Source: Octopus vulgaris
Lineage: Eukaryota
Assembly (NCBI GenBank): GCA_951406725.2
Contig: OX597824.1
Location: forward strand, 21,514,001-21,578,000
Length of the DNA stretch: 64,000 nt
Direction: 5' to 3'
The notes beneath the pieces are model-generated. The model saw only the letters and a list, made by a program, of their open reading frames with translations. It had not been told where the DNA came from and searched no databases. Numbering within the stretch: position 1 is the stretch's first letter; each line of letters opens with the position of its first letter. This document shows, in pieces, positions 25,086 through 39,830 of the stretch. The translations under genes were made by a program, and so were the position numbers.

Positions 25086-26380
25086 TTGTCTCATTCTAAA
25101 ATATGTATATGTGTTTGAGTAAAATTACAGATATTAGGAGAATTGTGTGTGGGCGAAGCGTATGTGTTCCTAACTTGTGTATAATCTAAATTCAAATATA
25201 TCCTTATTTTCAAATTAGTTTTGATGGGTTTTGATAGGTTTGCAATAACAATATGCGATTTAGAATGTAATCATTTGAACTGAAAAAAATTTGTGAATTG
25301 TTACTGCACTTTTTCGTGTGCAACTTGGATTATTCCAACCAAAATTTACAGCCCAAAAATCGTAGTTTAATGCATACACAAAGATGATTTTGGAGGACCA
25401 AAAATGTTATGTGAAGTGCCGCAGGATTTGGAAAGATGGTGACACTGTTTGAATGTATACGCTATATTTGCATTTTATATTGTATTGACTTATATGCTGG
25501 AAAATACAATAATTCGACATACTGTGAGTGAAATAATTCTAGAAAGCAGAAACCATTACTATTTAGTACTGAGAAATAGATATGTAAATTGAAAAATATA
25601 ATGATTTCTTTTAACTTTTGATTGCTCCATTTTTTTACCATTTATCAAATGTTTGGAATTATTATGACATGGAATTATTATGTCATGTACTGTAGTATTT
25701 CTAAGATTGCTTTGCTTTCATTTCTGAAGCTTTTGCATTGGCTATATCTCTTCAAACTAAAATCTTATATTATAAATATGAATAAATACATAGAAATATT
25801 TAGTATAAGCGTACAAAGCAGTGAGAATCTAAATAAAGGTGTGTACAGTTTCTTTTAACATGTTTTTGTACACTAGAATGTGAAAGGCATTCACTGTGGG
25901 ATGTTGTCTTGGAGGAAAACATCATAAACTTTGCGTGAAACTCTATAGGAAACCACTATAGGACATTGTGTGTGAAAGCTCAAAGTTTTTACAGACGAAA
26001 AGAAATTTTTATGCCACTTGGATCTCGATTCGATGTGTTTTTGGTTACTTGGAGTTCAGCCCAATATGGTTTTATACACAAAGTCATTAGAGATGGTTAT
26101 TTTTTCTTTTCTTTGAGACAGAATCTTGCAGTGATTATCTTTCATGTCCAGCTGTCCAAGAATGTGTTGAAAATAAATGTACATGTCTATATATATATAG
26201 ATGTGTGTTGTGCGCATATATAATATATGGATGTATGTATGAGTGTGTGTGTGTATATATATATATATATGTATATATATATAAATATAAAAATAAAATA
26301 TAAAAAATATATATACATAAATACACACATCCCCTTACTGCTTCATGTGTTTATGCTAAATATATATATAGACATAACTT

Positions 26381-26427
<47 letters not shown>

Positions 26428-26498
26428 TGATATACATATATACACACACACACATATACATGTATATGTATGTGTGTATGTATGTATATATGTATGTA

Positions 26499-26530
<32 letters not shown>

Positions 26531-26611
26531 CATATATGATATACATATATACACACACACACACACATATACATGTATATGTATGTGTGTATGTATGTAT
26601 ATATGTATGTA

Positions 26612-26658
<47 letters not shown>

Positions 26659-26965
26659 TATATCATCTTAAAATCATCTTAATTAAAAACAAGAGAGTAA
26701 CTATTTTGTATCTTTTGCACAAAGGTATAGCTTAAAACTGTCATCATTACCATCATGCATTCTTCTACTAATTCCATGCTTCTTTTCTTCCAATGAATTT
26801 TTAAAGCTTCTCTGAAGAACTTTCCCAGGAATGAAAAAAAAAATTAAAATTAAAAAAAAACCTTCTGAAAATAGTGATATATTCTAACTGTAGCTGTTTA
26901 ATGTTAAACTCGAGCATGTGATTAACATGACGCCTATTCATCCTCTTATCTTTCTTTGCCTTCAG

Positions 26966-27037
26966 CCGACTTTCATTAGGCAGCATCAGTGAAGGGTCCC
27001 CTGTTGCTTCTCGGAGGGCACTTGCCATTCAGCAAGT
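26966..27037 (+). CDS. BRSK2: BRSK/SAD exon (RLSLGSISEGSPVASRRALAIQQV)
   Basis: Pyrimidine tract plus ttcag|...|gtaagt. GSPV..RRA matches BRSK GSPVPARRA. 72 nt, phase 2 to 2. Confidence 0.9.
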
Positions 27038-27924
27038 GTAAGTAGCATGGGCTTCATCACTTCTCTCTGTGTTGTTACCTCTGTGTCGTCGTTTGCCTGC
27101 ACCTGCACATGCATACATTACACACACACGAGCATGCATGCAATCATACACACATATGCACACATGCAATCATACACACATATGCACACATGCACACACG
27201 TGTGTGTGTTTGTGATTATATATATACAGCAATTTGCAATATTTCATCAAAAGAGAGAATTATAATTGTCACTAAATGAGGCTAGAAATAAGAGCTAAAC
27301 TATGTTAACTACAGCATTGGAGCAGTTTAGCTCCTATTTGTAAACATATATATATATATATATCATCACGTTAAAACGATGATGATGATATATATATATA
27401 TATTCATTCTTCATTTGTCTTCTCACCACAGTATATGAACTTCTTTGGATTTAACTCATAAACTTCAGTGGTAAAACAGAAATCAACAAATTGGTAATTC
27501 ATTTCATTGTTATCAAAACACACAAAGAAATTTTTAAATATCAAAAAAATTTTTAATTAAATTGTGGTAGCAATGAATTCACTCTGAAAGAAATGTTTAA
27601 GTTTTTAGCACACATGAAATAAATGTTATTAGTTTCTCACAAAGGACTTGAAAAATCATTTATAAACATTCCCTTCTCATCTTGTTGTACTTTGTTTATC
27701 TCTTGTTCTTTTCTTTCTTCCTTGCTTTTTCTTTTCTTTTTTTTCTATTTCTTCAGTGCATGAATTCTAACCTAAGATAAACTTTATATCTAACAGTTAA
27801 TTTTGTGTTTGTATTTAGTTTGCAAGATTCTTGATGTGAATTTGTATATTGAAACGCATTTTGTTGTACCTTGGGAGGGTCATTATGCCAATAACTGACA
27901 CACACACTGGTTCTACTTCATTTC

Positions 27925-27990
<66 letters not shown>

Positions 27991-28888
27991 CAGTCAATAT
28001 GTTCAAATGATTAATCAAACTGTTAATTACTTAAATGATTAAATGTTAATGAATTGACCAATAATTCTTTTCTATATAGGCACAAAGTCTGACGTTTAGG
28101 GAGAAGAGATTAGTTGATGAAATCACTCTTCCCCCCAATACTTGACTGTTACTTATTTTATTGACCCTGAAAGGATAAAAGACAAAGTTGACCTTGGTAG
28201 GATTTGAACTCAGAACATAAAGCCAGAAGGCATACTGCTAAGCATATAGTCTGATGTGTTAATGATTCTACCAGCTTTCTACATTAATCCATAAGCATTC
28301 AGATTACTCTGCTAAATGCAGTGCTTATGTATTCACTTTGTTTTGAATTAATCATGCATTATCTCATAGCTTTGAGAGTTCAATGATGTGATCGTTTATT
28401 TCTAGAATGACATTGTAGGGTAGGTGTGAGAGGCTGGATCTAGCCATTTTGAACATAGAACAAGTAGATGGAGCTGGATATGGCTGGTTTAAATGCTAAA
28501 GGATTCATGAATTGGTTAATTGATCTGAAACTGTGTGTTCAAAATAAAAAATAATTACATCCTACTACACTCTCGGAGTGGTTGCCGTTAGGAAGGCAAG
28601 TAAAACATTATCGAAAAAAAAAAAAATTAAATATAGGCATAGGAGTGGCTGAGTGGTAAGTAGCTTGCTTACGAACCACATGGTTCTGGGTTCAGTCCCA
28701 CTGTGTGGTGCTTTGGGCAAGTGTCTTCTACTATAGCCTCAGGCCGACGAGAGCCTTGTGAGTAGATTTGGTAGACGGAAACTGAAAGAAATCTGTCGTA
28801 TATATCATCATCATCATCATCATCGTTTAGCGTCCGTTTTCCATGCTAGCATGGGTTGGACGGTTCTACTGGGGTCTGTATGTATATG

Positions 28889-28921
<33 letters not shown>

Positions 28922-29794
28922 ATGTGTTTGTGTTTCTGTGTTTGTGTCCCCAACATCGCTTGACAACTGTAGCTGGTGTGTTTACGTCCCCTGTAACTTA
29001 GCGGTTCAGCAAAAGAGACCAATAGAATAAGCTCTAGGCTTATAAAGAATAAGTCGTGGGGGTCGATTTGTTCGACTAAAGGCGGTGCTCCAGCATGGCC
29101 ACGGTCAAATGACTGAAACAAGTAAAAGAGTAACAGCAAAAGAAAAAAAATTTACCCCTTAATTACATTGTTTTTAGTAAATCTAACCACAAATTATTAT
29201 TTCATATAATTTTCTTAATTATGTCTATCTTTATTAATGAAAATCACTAAGTTAATACTGAAATAATCGTTAACTTCATCTGAAACACATAGAAAAATAT
29301 TTACTCATTCTATTATTTTAAAATGAATTCATTTTCAAAAGCATTTTAAGTGATTTCCATTGTATGTCAATGTTATTATTTTCGATATAAATCCATTAAT
29401 TCTGCTGGATATGCAAATTACTTTATAATTGCTTGCAATTTTCTGAGAGCTTTTTCTTTTAAAAAGAAAACACAGCATTTTGAAGTCAGGTAATAGCAGC
29501 GGATGTTGTGCTTGTATATTTAGCCAAACAGTGTATATAATTTCAAATAGTTGATATATAACTCTTTAGTCTGTCTTTTACTCTTTTACTTGTTTCAGTC
29601 ATTTGACTGCGGCCATGCTGGAGCACTGCCTTTAGTCGAGCAAATCGACCCCGGGACTTATTCTTTGTAAGCCCAGTACTTATTCTATCGGTCTCTTTTG
29701 CCGAACCGCAAAGTGACGGGGACGTAAACACACCAGCATCGGTTGTCAAGCAATGCTAGGGGGACAAACACAGACACACAAACATATACACACA

Positions 29795-29842
<48 letters not shown>

Positions 29843-30575
29843 TACGACGGGCTTCTTTCAGTTTCCGTCTACCAAATCCACTCACAAGGCATTGGTTGGC
29901 CCGGGGCTATAGCAGAAGACACTTGCCCAAGATGCCAAGTAGTGGGACTGAACCTGGAACCATGTGGTTGGTTAGCAAGCTACTTACCACACAGCCACTC
30001 CTGCACCTATAACAATTTTTTTTTTTTTTTCTATGTGATTCACTCATTGGACTGTGGCCATACTGGAGGCTTAATTGAACAAATTGGCTCCACTACTTTT
30101 TTTTAAGTGTATTATTCTGTCAGTCTCTTTTGCTGACTCACTAAGTTATAAGGGACATCAACAAACCAACACCAGTTGTCAAGTGTGGCTGAGACAAACA
30201 CAAAAATCATGTGCATGTATGTACATACATATGCACACATATGTATGTGTGTGACTTAAAGGTTTGGTCACCATTTAGTTACATATTTTGCAGTTGGTTT
30301 TAGGTTTACTTATTGAATTGATTGACCGATATGGTTGTACATACTCTCTTTACTCTTTTACTTGTTTCAGTCATTTGACTGCGGCCATGCTGGAGCACTG
30401 CCTTCAGTCGAGCAAATCAACCCCCGGACTTATTCTTTGTAAGCCTAGTACTTACTTATTCTATCGGTCTATTTTGCCAAACCGCTAAGTTACAGTGACG
30501 TAAACACATCAGCATCAGTTGTCAAGCGATGTTGGGAGACACACACAGACACAGAAACATATACTCACATTCATG

Positions 30576-30611
<36 letters not shown>

Positions 30612-31053
30612 ACGGGCTTCTTTCAGTTTCCGTCTACCAAATCCACTCACAAAGCTTTGGTCGGCCCGAGGCTATAGTAGAAGACACTTGCCCATGATGC
30701 CACGCAGTGGGACTGAACCCAAGACCATGTGGTTCGTAAGCAAGCTATTTACCACACAGCCACTCCTGCGCCTATTCACATAGGATAAATTTGTTTGAAA
30801 GTTGTGATTTTTTTGGTATGTTTCTTCCCCAACAACACTTATTTTAGTGTTGTTGACACCGCTGGATTGAGTGGTACTGCCCAGGTGTTGAAACCATAAT
30901 GACATCTATGGGGCAGCTGATGATGGAGCTATGTTGGATTGTTGCTATGGCTGTTTTTGTATGTGTGGAATAGGGTTATGACACATCCATTTGATATATA
31001 TACATATATATATATCTTCTTCTCTTCTTAGATCACATTCATGCACATGTCTA

Positions 31054-31112
<59 letters not shown>

Positions 31113-33339
31113 ATATATATCACTGTGATCACCGTGACCGACCAGGTTATTAGATGTTGCTATACACTGCTGCTCACAATGCGCTTTGCATTGTTTTAGC
31201 CTTCGAATGACGCCATCCCACTGGCTAAGTGAGCAGGCCAACAGAAGAAAGAGTGAGGGAAAGTTGTGGCGAAAGAGTACAGCAGGGATCACCACCACCC
31301 CCTGCTGGAGCCTTGTGGAGCTTTAGGTGTTTTCACTCAATAAACACTCACAAACACCCAGTCTGGGAATTGAAACCACGAGTCTGCTGCCCTAACCACT
31401 GGGCCATTGCGCCTCCACACACACACACACACATATATATATATGTATGTATGTATGTATATATTATTATTATTATTACTATATAATAATATATATATAT
31501 ATATGGCTGTCAGCAACGAGCTTGTGGAAACAGCATGCTGGACGAAATGCTGGGGTCGATGTAATCAACCAGGTCCATGCCCTCAAATTTCGGGCCTTTT
31601 ACCTACCGTAGAAAGGATTGTTGCTTTTATTGTGTTCTGCGTATATTTTATTTATAATCTAATTTAAATTCTGAAATACATTTCGTTCATGATAAATTAA
31701 TATGTAACATGTCTTCTCGAAGAAGACAAAAATTAAAAAGTAAAGCTACATAATTAGTAACTCCCCAAAATATTAATAAAGAAAAATGTAATTACTGATC
31801 AATATACAATCAAACATTCACAAGTATTTTGGCTGGGAGCAATAATTGATATATTTGTTTTATTAAGGAATTCTAAATAAAGTGTCAGCTAATTATCTGC
31901 TAATTATATGATATGAAAAACTGATTGGGAATAGATATAATTATAAGACCTGCTGGTGAATTTATTAATTATTAATTATTAATTATTATGGTTCACTTAC
32001 TTAAGCCATAAACCTTCTGAAGCTTTTTATAACATATTTATTGATTTTTTTAAAAACTGTGATTGGGTGAAGAAGGGAAGCAGTGCCTTGGTTTTTGCAA
32101 GAAGTGTCCCAGATAAGGGAGAATGATGTTGCTGGGTGTTTGGGTTTTGGTTGGATGTGTCTTTAGGAAAGTCTTTGATGGATGGAGAATTCCGGAAAAT
32201 TTAGTTACTATTCTAGCAAAGATAAAAAAGGCTGGCTGGCTGGTTGGATAGATTGTGTTCTTTACTATGTGTGGGAGATTAGACACAGTAAGGAAGCTAG
32301 GAGGGTGAAAAAAGATGGGTGGGTCTGGTTGCTAGGACAAACAATTGTAGCATTGATAGAGAAGGCACAGTCCACTCTTTGAGCTGCTGGTTCACATTGG
32401 TCAAGGATTAAATCTTTGGCAATCAGTTGAATAGCTAAAGCTGGTTGAGAAGTTAACACAGCTATATCTGAAAGTGTTAACAAGAAATCCTGAGCTGGCA
32501 GAAACATTAGCATGCTGGGTGAAATACTTAGCGGTATTTCGTCTGTCTTTATGTTCTGAGTTCAAATTCCGTCGAGGTTGACTTTGCTTTTCATCCTTTT
32601 GGGGTCGATAAATTAAGTACCAGTTATGCACTGGGGTCGATGTAATCGACTTAATCCCTTTGTTTGATCCCTCTATGTTTAGCCCCTTGTGGGCAATAAA
32701 GAAATAAGTTATTTTGTTGCTGGGTTTAAAACCACTGCCATCTTGTCGTTGCATGCATTTAGCTGAGTTAATATTAGGGATGGTCATTAATATGAGGATA
32801 ACTGTCTAACTTCTTCCAAACTTTTACAGAGACCATTAAAAAGGTCATGGGTACTGCCTTTTATTTTTCTGTTAACTAAACTGATTAAAAAGAAATTTAA
32901 TTTAATTAACTGTTCATTATTACTTTGACATGATGTATTTGACTTACACCTTCTTCACACACACACATACCACTTAAAAGACTTAGGGGTAGACCTCAGG
33001 GTTAGATGGTTGAATAATATCCATAACCTTGATTGGAATTACTGGGGGATCCAGTTGGAATATTTGCTAGGTGTTGCTTTTGTTATGATACTCTATAGGA
33101 CATGTCTGAGAACCCTGCCATCCATGACCCTGACAGAAATAATGGACACTGAAAGTAGTTGGATTATAATGATACCCATTGTTCAATTTATATATCAAGT
33201 ATTTTCATGGAAAGATACTTTTCCTAAGTCACCTGCAATAATTTTCAGAATAGTTTCTCTTTGTAAATATGTAGTTTAAGTGTTTCTATGCTTAATTGGT
33301 CAATGTTTAAATTTGTGTTAAATTTGTTTGTGTAATATG

Positions 33340-33425
<86 letters not shown>

Positions 33426-33435
33426 CACATACATA

Positions 33436-34314
33436 CAGTGTGCAATGTCACCATTTTATATTTTTTATTTCATGCATGTACATTGTTTGTTTTTGATTTT
33501 GTCAACTGCACAGTATGGTAGGGTCAGTTGAGCACCGTCTGTGAGAAAAATAGCACCATTATGCAATTCAGTCTGCTAGAAATTTGGAAACAACATGCTG
33601 TACTTCTTGGCATTTGTGCCGGAAGCTCCAATATGAACATTTCAGAGTGTTTGGGTGTCAATCTGACGACAGTGCAATCTGAGGACATGTACTGAGAGCG
33701 ATGGTAATCAAACAGCCAGTCAACATCATGTTGTTTGGAGTGATCACTAGTGATGGCGACATTATGCCTCCTTTCATATTCCTACACAGCCTCAGACTCA
33801 ACTTGGAGGCCTCCATCAAATACCTGAAGGAGGTAGTGCTACCCTAGGTCAAGAGGGTGGTTGCTGGAAGACGCTATGTCTGGCAACAGGACCCTGCACC
33901 ATACCACATAAGCAGGGGAACCCAGCTGTGGTTGTGAGACAATTTCTGTAACCACATTACCCCTAACATCTGGTCATCTAACTCCCCAGACTGCAACACC
34001 CCTTAATTATTATGGGTGGAGTGCAGTTGAGTGAGAGACCAACAAAACTCCTTGTAACACCAAAGATGAACTGAAGGCAAGGATTATGGCAGCATTCACC
34101 AACTTAAAGCAGGAGACCATCCAGAAAAGTTGCATCAGATTCCAAAGTTGTTTGGAGGCTGTGGTTGAAACCAATATCAACTTTATTGAAAATTTACTCT
34201 TTAGTATTTCTAGATATTTTTATGTCATTTTGGTAAATATATCTGTTACAATGAGATGTCAGTATTATTTTCATTTTTGCGTAATTTAGACGAAAGTTTA
34301 TTCACTGCACACTG
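33436..34314 (+). mobile_element. Internally deleted Tc1/mariner element (maT/DD37D-like), pseudogenised transposase
   Basis: Termini TA|CAGTGTGCA...TGCACACTG|TA. The peptide relic NIMLFGVITSDG...YVWQQDPAPYH...IWSSNSPDCN.P...KDELKARIMAAF...LEAVVE has stops and a frameshift. Confidence 0.85.
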
Positions 34315-34338
34315 TATACACACACACACACACATGCA

Positions 34339-34398
<60 letters not shown>

Positions 34399-35551
34399 TC
34401 ATATACATATATATATACATACATACATACATATATATATATACATATAAATATATATAATTATATATATATATGTTTATATATATATATATATATATGT
34501 ATGTATTATATTTTTATTTTTGTTTTATGAGAAAGTGTTATTCTTCACTATGCCTTTGTTTTCATTATCGTTGCATTTCAATCAACTCGTTAATTGTACT
34601 TTAACACAACACAAGCCTCTGCACGTCGTTTCAGCTTTTCATTTCACTCCTTACGCACCTCCGACTGATTTACATTATTCAAAGGCATCGATAACCACCT
34701 TTGATTTTTGATCAATATTTTTTATGTAACAGTGTCTTTTCATTGAGTAAACTAAACATACTTTGATTATTTCCAGCTATAGGTTTATATAACCCTTAGT
34801 ATCTTCACTAAGTTTTATTTTGTTCCTTAGTCATAAAAGTCAACTAGTTACCACTGGTATCACTCACCAATTCATATGCATGGCACATTTATAAGTTTCC
34901 ACTACGTTAAGTACTGTATTTCAAGTGGTTAATTTACTGCTACGTATGTAAAGAAGTAGAAATTATTCTTCTATAGAGAAAGATAGCGTCTCGTTCTACT
35001 GTATTGCATTGATATGGAGTTTGTGTTGAGGGTTTCCAGCTAATTTATACAGAACTCAACAACCAGCTATTCACATGTATGTGAGTGTGTGTGTGTGTGT
35101 GTGTGTGAGTGTGTGTGTATGTGTGAGTGTGTGTGTGACTGTGTGAGTGAGTGAGTGTGTGCGTGAATGAATGTGTGTGTGTGAGTTAGTGAGTGTGTGT
35201 GTGAGTGACTGTGTGTGAGTGAGTGTATGTGAGTGAGTGTGTGTGTGTGTGTGAATGAGTGTGTGTGTGTGAGTGAGTGTATGTGAGTGAGTGTGTGTGT
35301 GTGTGTGTGCATGCATGTGTGTATGTATATATATATATATATATATATGTTTGTGAGTGTACATATATGCACACACACATGCACATGATGCATATACACA
35401 CAAACATTGAAAAATATACTTGGATTATTTAATCTTCATAAATGTAAATATATAATTTTAAGAATTGTAATTAATCAATATTCTTTGAAGATATTCTTTT
35501 CTTTTTTTTTGGTTCAAATTGTTATTTTCGTTTGTTTATATTTTACTTTAG

Positions 35552-35754
35552 GAGAAAAGCCAGCATAACAGGAAGCCCTGGTTCATCACCCCTATCAAGT
35601 CCAAAGTTGTCTCAACGTGCTACACCTACTAACAGCCCTACTAACACTCCTCCAACCTCCCCAAGAATCACTCCAGCACCATGGAAAACTCGTCTTCATA
35701 CTATTAAAAACAGTTTTCTGGGATCTCCTCGCTTTCACAGACGCAAACTACAAG
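35552..35754 (+). CDS. BRSK2: BRSK/SAD exon: S/T/P-rich region and short conserved region ([10 protein letters not shown]...[25 protein letters not shown])
   Basis: Boundaries tttag|...AAG|gtattc. It contains the invariant [17 protein letters not shown] and lies inside ORF 35532..35849. 203 nt, phase 2 to 1. Confidence 0.96.
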
Positions 35755-38700
35755 GTATTCCCTACCACAATGGCCTTCTTTTTGAAATGGATCAGATCTC
35801 AGGTGAATTATATTATCGGCATGTAGGAATTCAAAGCGTTGCTGGTTAGCAACTGCTGCATGGTCCCCGGACACAGCCTCGCTGTAATCCCTCGTTACCA
35901 GCTCTTGTCACTGCTGTAATAACCGCTTTACTAACAACCGAGCCAAACCTAAACAACATTCTGTTTTTATCTGAGATTTGAGTCATTTTTTCTTGACATT
36001 CTTACCATTCTTTATTTTTGTGTGTAAAACATTTTATGAAAAATATTTTTTTTTCTCTTGTTTTTATAAATTACTTTTCTAAATTACTTAAACTATAACT
36101 TACAAAAAACATTTTAAATACCATATTTGAATTCTGGTAATTCACATCTAAGTTACTATATAAGATTATTTATCAAACGAGTGTGTAATTTAACATATAA
36201 TGATATTTTGGACTGACTTGGATCGTGAGATCTGAAGGGTGGAGGTGATGCTAGAAAGGAAAATGTTATGTCCTAAGTAAAATAGTTCCATTTAAGCATT
36301 AAAAAGAATGGGTTCTAGATTTGATTTACTGAAAGCTAACATCTGCAGTTTTAGGGGATTTAATTGTAAATCACTGAAGCCTGAAAATTTATCATCATTA
36401 TTGATAATAATGCAAGACTATATGTGAAATGTTAGTGTTTAATTTGGGGAAAATTTTTCAGAGGGTTGTGGAAAGTAGTGGGCCAAAAGATTGCTTTGGC
36501 CTTTTTGAAAACATGGCAACCTCTCTAGTGCTGGTGCCACAAAAATATTGCATGCAGTTCATTTTGTAAAGAGGTTGCCATGAGGGAAGGCATCCAGCCC
36601 TTCTTATCAACAACCAATTTACAGTGTTTTATTTTTGCCAAACCATAAGGGAAACCTTTGAATGAAATGTGGTCCTTTGACCCACCTAGGAGTGTAGTAA
36701 CAACTGTGCAACCCTTGCCAAGATGCAAAGCAGATATAAAACATTATTGATGATGATTTTGAGATATCTTGCAGTGCAGGACAGAATTCTCTTTTCCAAT
36801 ATCGCATTTGAACCTGTTATTTATTGAAATCAATAATCATTTTCATCAATAATTTATCGTTTTAAACATATTTTATTTAGGGTTATTCCTCTGTTACCAA
36901 ATTGCTCTTTACTGTGTAGAATTCTACAAGATATCAGCAATTTCCCACTTTTATTCTGGTAAAAATAATTAAATAGAAATAAAAAGTTAACAAGATGGAA
37001 TTTAAATAAATGTTAATTATTTCAGTAGCTTTCTGAAGGTATCTGTTGCTAGTTTTTTTCTAACATATTTAAGTATATATAGATGTATGTTGGTATGCAT
37101 GCATGTCTATATGGGTGTGTATATATGTATGTATGTGTCTGTGTGTGTGTGTATGCTAACATTTCATAATATTTGTGGTTACTGTTTCCAGCATCTGGTC
37201 TTCACTAATGTATATGTATGTGCATGTGTGTGTATATATTATCACCATCATTCTTTTCTACTCTAGGCACAAGGCCTGAAATTTTTGGGGGAAGGGGGCT
37301 AGTTGATTAGATCAAATCCAGTACGCAACTGGTATTTAATTTATTGACCTCGAAAGGAGGAAAGGCAAAGTTGACCTCAGCGGAATTTGAACTCAGAACG
37401 TAACGGCAGATGAAATACCCATTTCTTTACTGCCCACAAGGGGCTACACACAGAGGGGACGAACAAGGACAGACAAACAGATTAAGTCGATTACATCAAC
37501 CCCAGTGCATAACTGGTACTTATTTAATTGACCCCAAAAGGATAAAAGGCAAAGTTGACCATGGCAGAATTTGAACTCAGAACGTAACGGCAGACGAAAT
37601 ATCACTAAGCATTCTGCCCGGCGTGCTAACGACTCTGCCAGCTCATCATTGTCTTCATCATTATCACCACCATCATTACCATCACCACTACCATGATCAC
37701 CATCAGCATCATTGTCATAAGTTGACATCCTCTTCCTATGCTTGCATGGGTTGGACAGTTTAACAGCGAATGGCAAAGCAGAAGACTGCACCAAGCTCCA
37801 TTTGTCTGCTTTGGGATGGTTTCTATGGCTGGATGCCCTTCCTAATGCCAACCACTTTACAGAGTGTACTGAGTGCTGTGTTTCTTTTACATGGCAGCAG
37901 CAGCAGTGAGGACATCAAGTAACTGGCAAGGCAAGGCACCCCACCCTGACAGAACAGGGAGTAGTAGGGGGGGGGCTATGTTATGAGAGGTTAAAGTCTG
38001 AATAGAGAGACAAAAATAGATGCCTTGCAGTGGAAGAGAATTATGACTACCTTAGCTGGGGAGAGAGAGAGGGGAGGAAGATAGGGAGAGAAGAAAGAGG
38101 AAAGAGAGAGAAGAAAGAAAGAGAGAGAGAGAAGAAAGAGGAAAGAGAGAGAGAAGCGAGATAGGGGGAATAAGATGGTGAAGATGTGATGGGGTGGGGG
38201 TTCACCCAACATACAGGGAGGCGCATGTAAGTGAAGTTGGGCCAAGGGTTGGATAGGGTGAGTGTGTGGGTAAGTTCAAGGGATTGCAAAAGGTGCATGA
38301 AGGGTGGTGGGGAGGGAAGAGATTGCATCGAGCGGATGCAAATAGTGGGAGGGGGTGTCGGGAGGAGATGTTGTTGAGGAAGAAATTCAACAGGAACACA
38401 TTGCATGCACACATAATCATATTTGCATAACGATGCGTTGGAACACGTGAAGCTTTGCGCCCTTGAATGCACACAAATTCACTGACCCCCACTTCCACCT
38501 CCATTCCATTTCATAACTCCAGTACAACAGCATCGACTTACTATTCTGTATGCACACATCTGTCACCTCCTGTCTCTCTTAAAAACAATTTTGAGGAGAG
38601 GAGATTTAATCAACTATTTCACCAACCTCTGTACATAATGGTGCTTTATTTTATCGACCTTTCAAGGATGAAAGTCAATATTGATCCTAACAGGATTTGA

Positions 38701-39529
38701 ACTCAGAATATAAAGGGTTAAAATAAGCTCAAAGTTGAAGAACCTTACCTAAGAGCTATTTTATTTGGGACAATTTCATTGTTGTCTCCAGGTTTTACTG
38801 TGGTCTTTGAATTGAATGATTTTTATTGGTTTGCCATTTTATTGTATCATCTCAGGTCGTTTGTTAATGATGACTAATTTCTTTTAATTAATATTGTAAA
38901 ATTTTGATTTCAAATTAATACCTGGAAATGTTAATTGTTTGGATGCATGCATTGCTATGGAAACTAAAATTGAAAGGTGACTAATTTTTGGTTGTTTGTC
39001 ACGAATTGGATGAAATTTGTATCTTATAGAATTCTGTTGACATGAATCAGTTATGACTATGTGTGTTTAAATGTGTGTTTGTGTGTGTGTATGTTTTTGT
39101 TTGTGTGTTAGTGAGTGTGTGTGGGGCGTTTGTGAGGGTTTGTCTGTGTTTGTGTGTGAGTGTTTGTGTGTGTGTGTTTGCATGTGTGTGTTTGTGTGTG
39201 GGTTTCTGTGTGTGCATTAGTGTGTGTGTTGGTGTATGTGTGTGTGTGTTTGTGTGTTAGTGAGTGTGTTTGGGGGTTGTGTGTGTGTTAGTGTGTGTAT
39301 TTGTGTGTGTGTTAGTATGTGTGTGTTTGTGTGTATGTTAGTGTGTGTGTACATATATATGTGTATACATATATTTACACATGTATATATGTTTGTATAA
39401 CGACACACACACACACACATACACACAAACACACACACGTACATGCAAAGCTACTGATTCAGAGTCATTGGATGGGTTGCTTTGTGGTAATTATTCTGGG
39501 TCTCTACACTCAGAGTTCAAATCCCATCT

Positions 39530-39830
39530 ACTGATCCATCCAGCCCCAGCATCCCCCATCAAGTCCTCACTCCTCCTCTTATCAAACAGCTTCACACCAC
39601 ACATTTCTCTCACCACTGCTCTCTCAGTCCTTCTCCAAATTACCATCTCTCTCTCTTCTCTCTCACTCTCTCTCTCCCTTTCTCTCTCTCTCTCCTTCAA
39701 ACACCTTGTCTCCCTCCCACACAGCATTGCAGCTCTCACACTACTCCTATAGACCTTTCCTTTCGTCTTCAACGAGAACCTTTTAACCCACATAATAATG
39801 CCCCACATTCCCTGAACTTCACCCAGCACA
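39530..39830 (-). mobile_element. RTE-clade LINE fragment
   Basis: The ORF 39491..39883 peptide SLKTKGKVYRSSVRAAMLCG.E...RRTERAVVREMCGV resembles the post-RT region of RTE elements. Confidence 0.7.

Noticed and set aside
33514-33522. Apparent in-frame 9-nt microexon (cacag|TATGGTAGG|gtcagt) in the phase-2 intron
   Set aside because: It lies inside the Tc1/mariner relic 33436-34314 and has no independent support.
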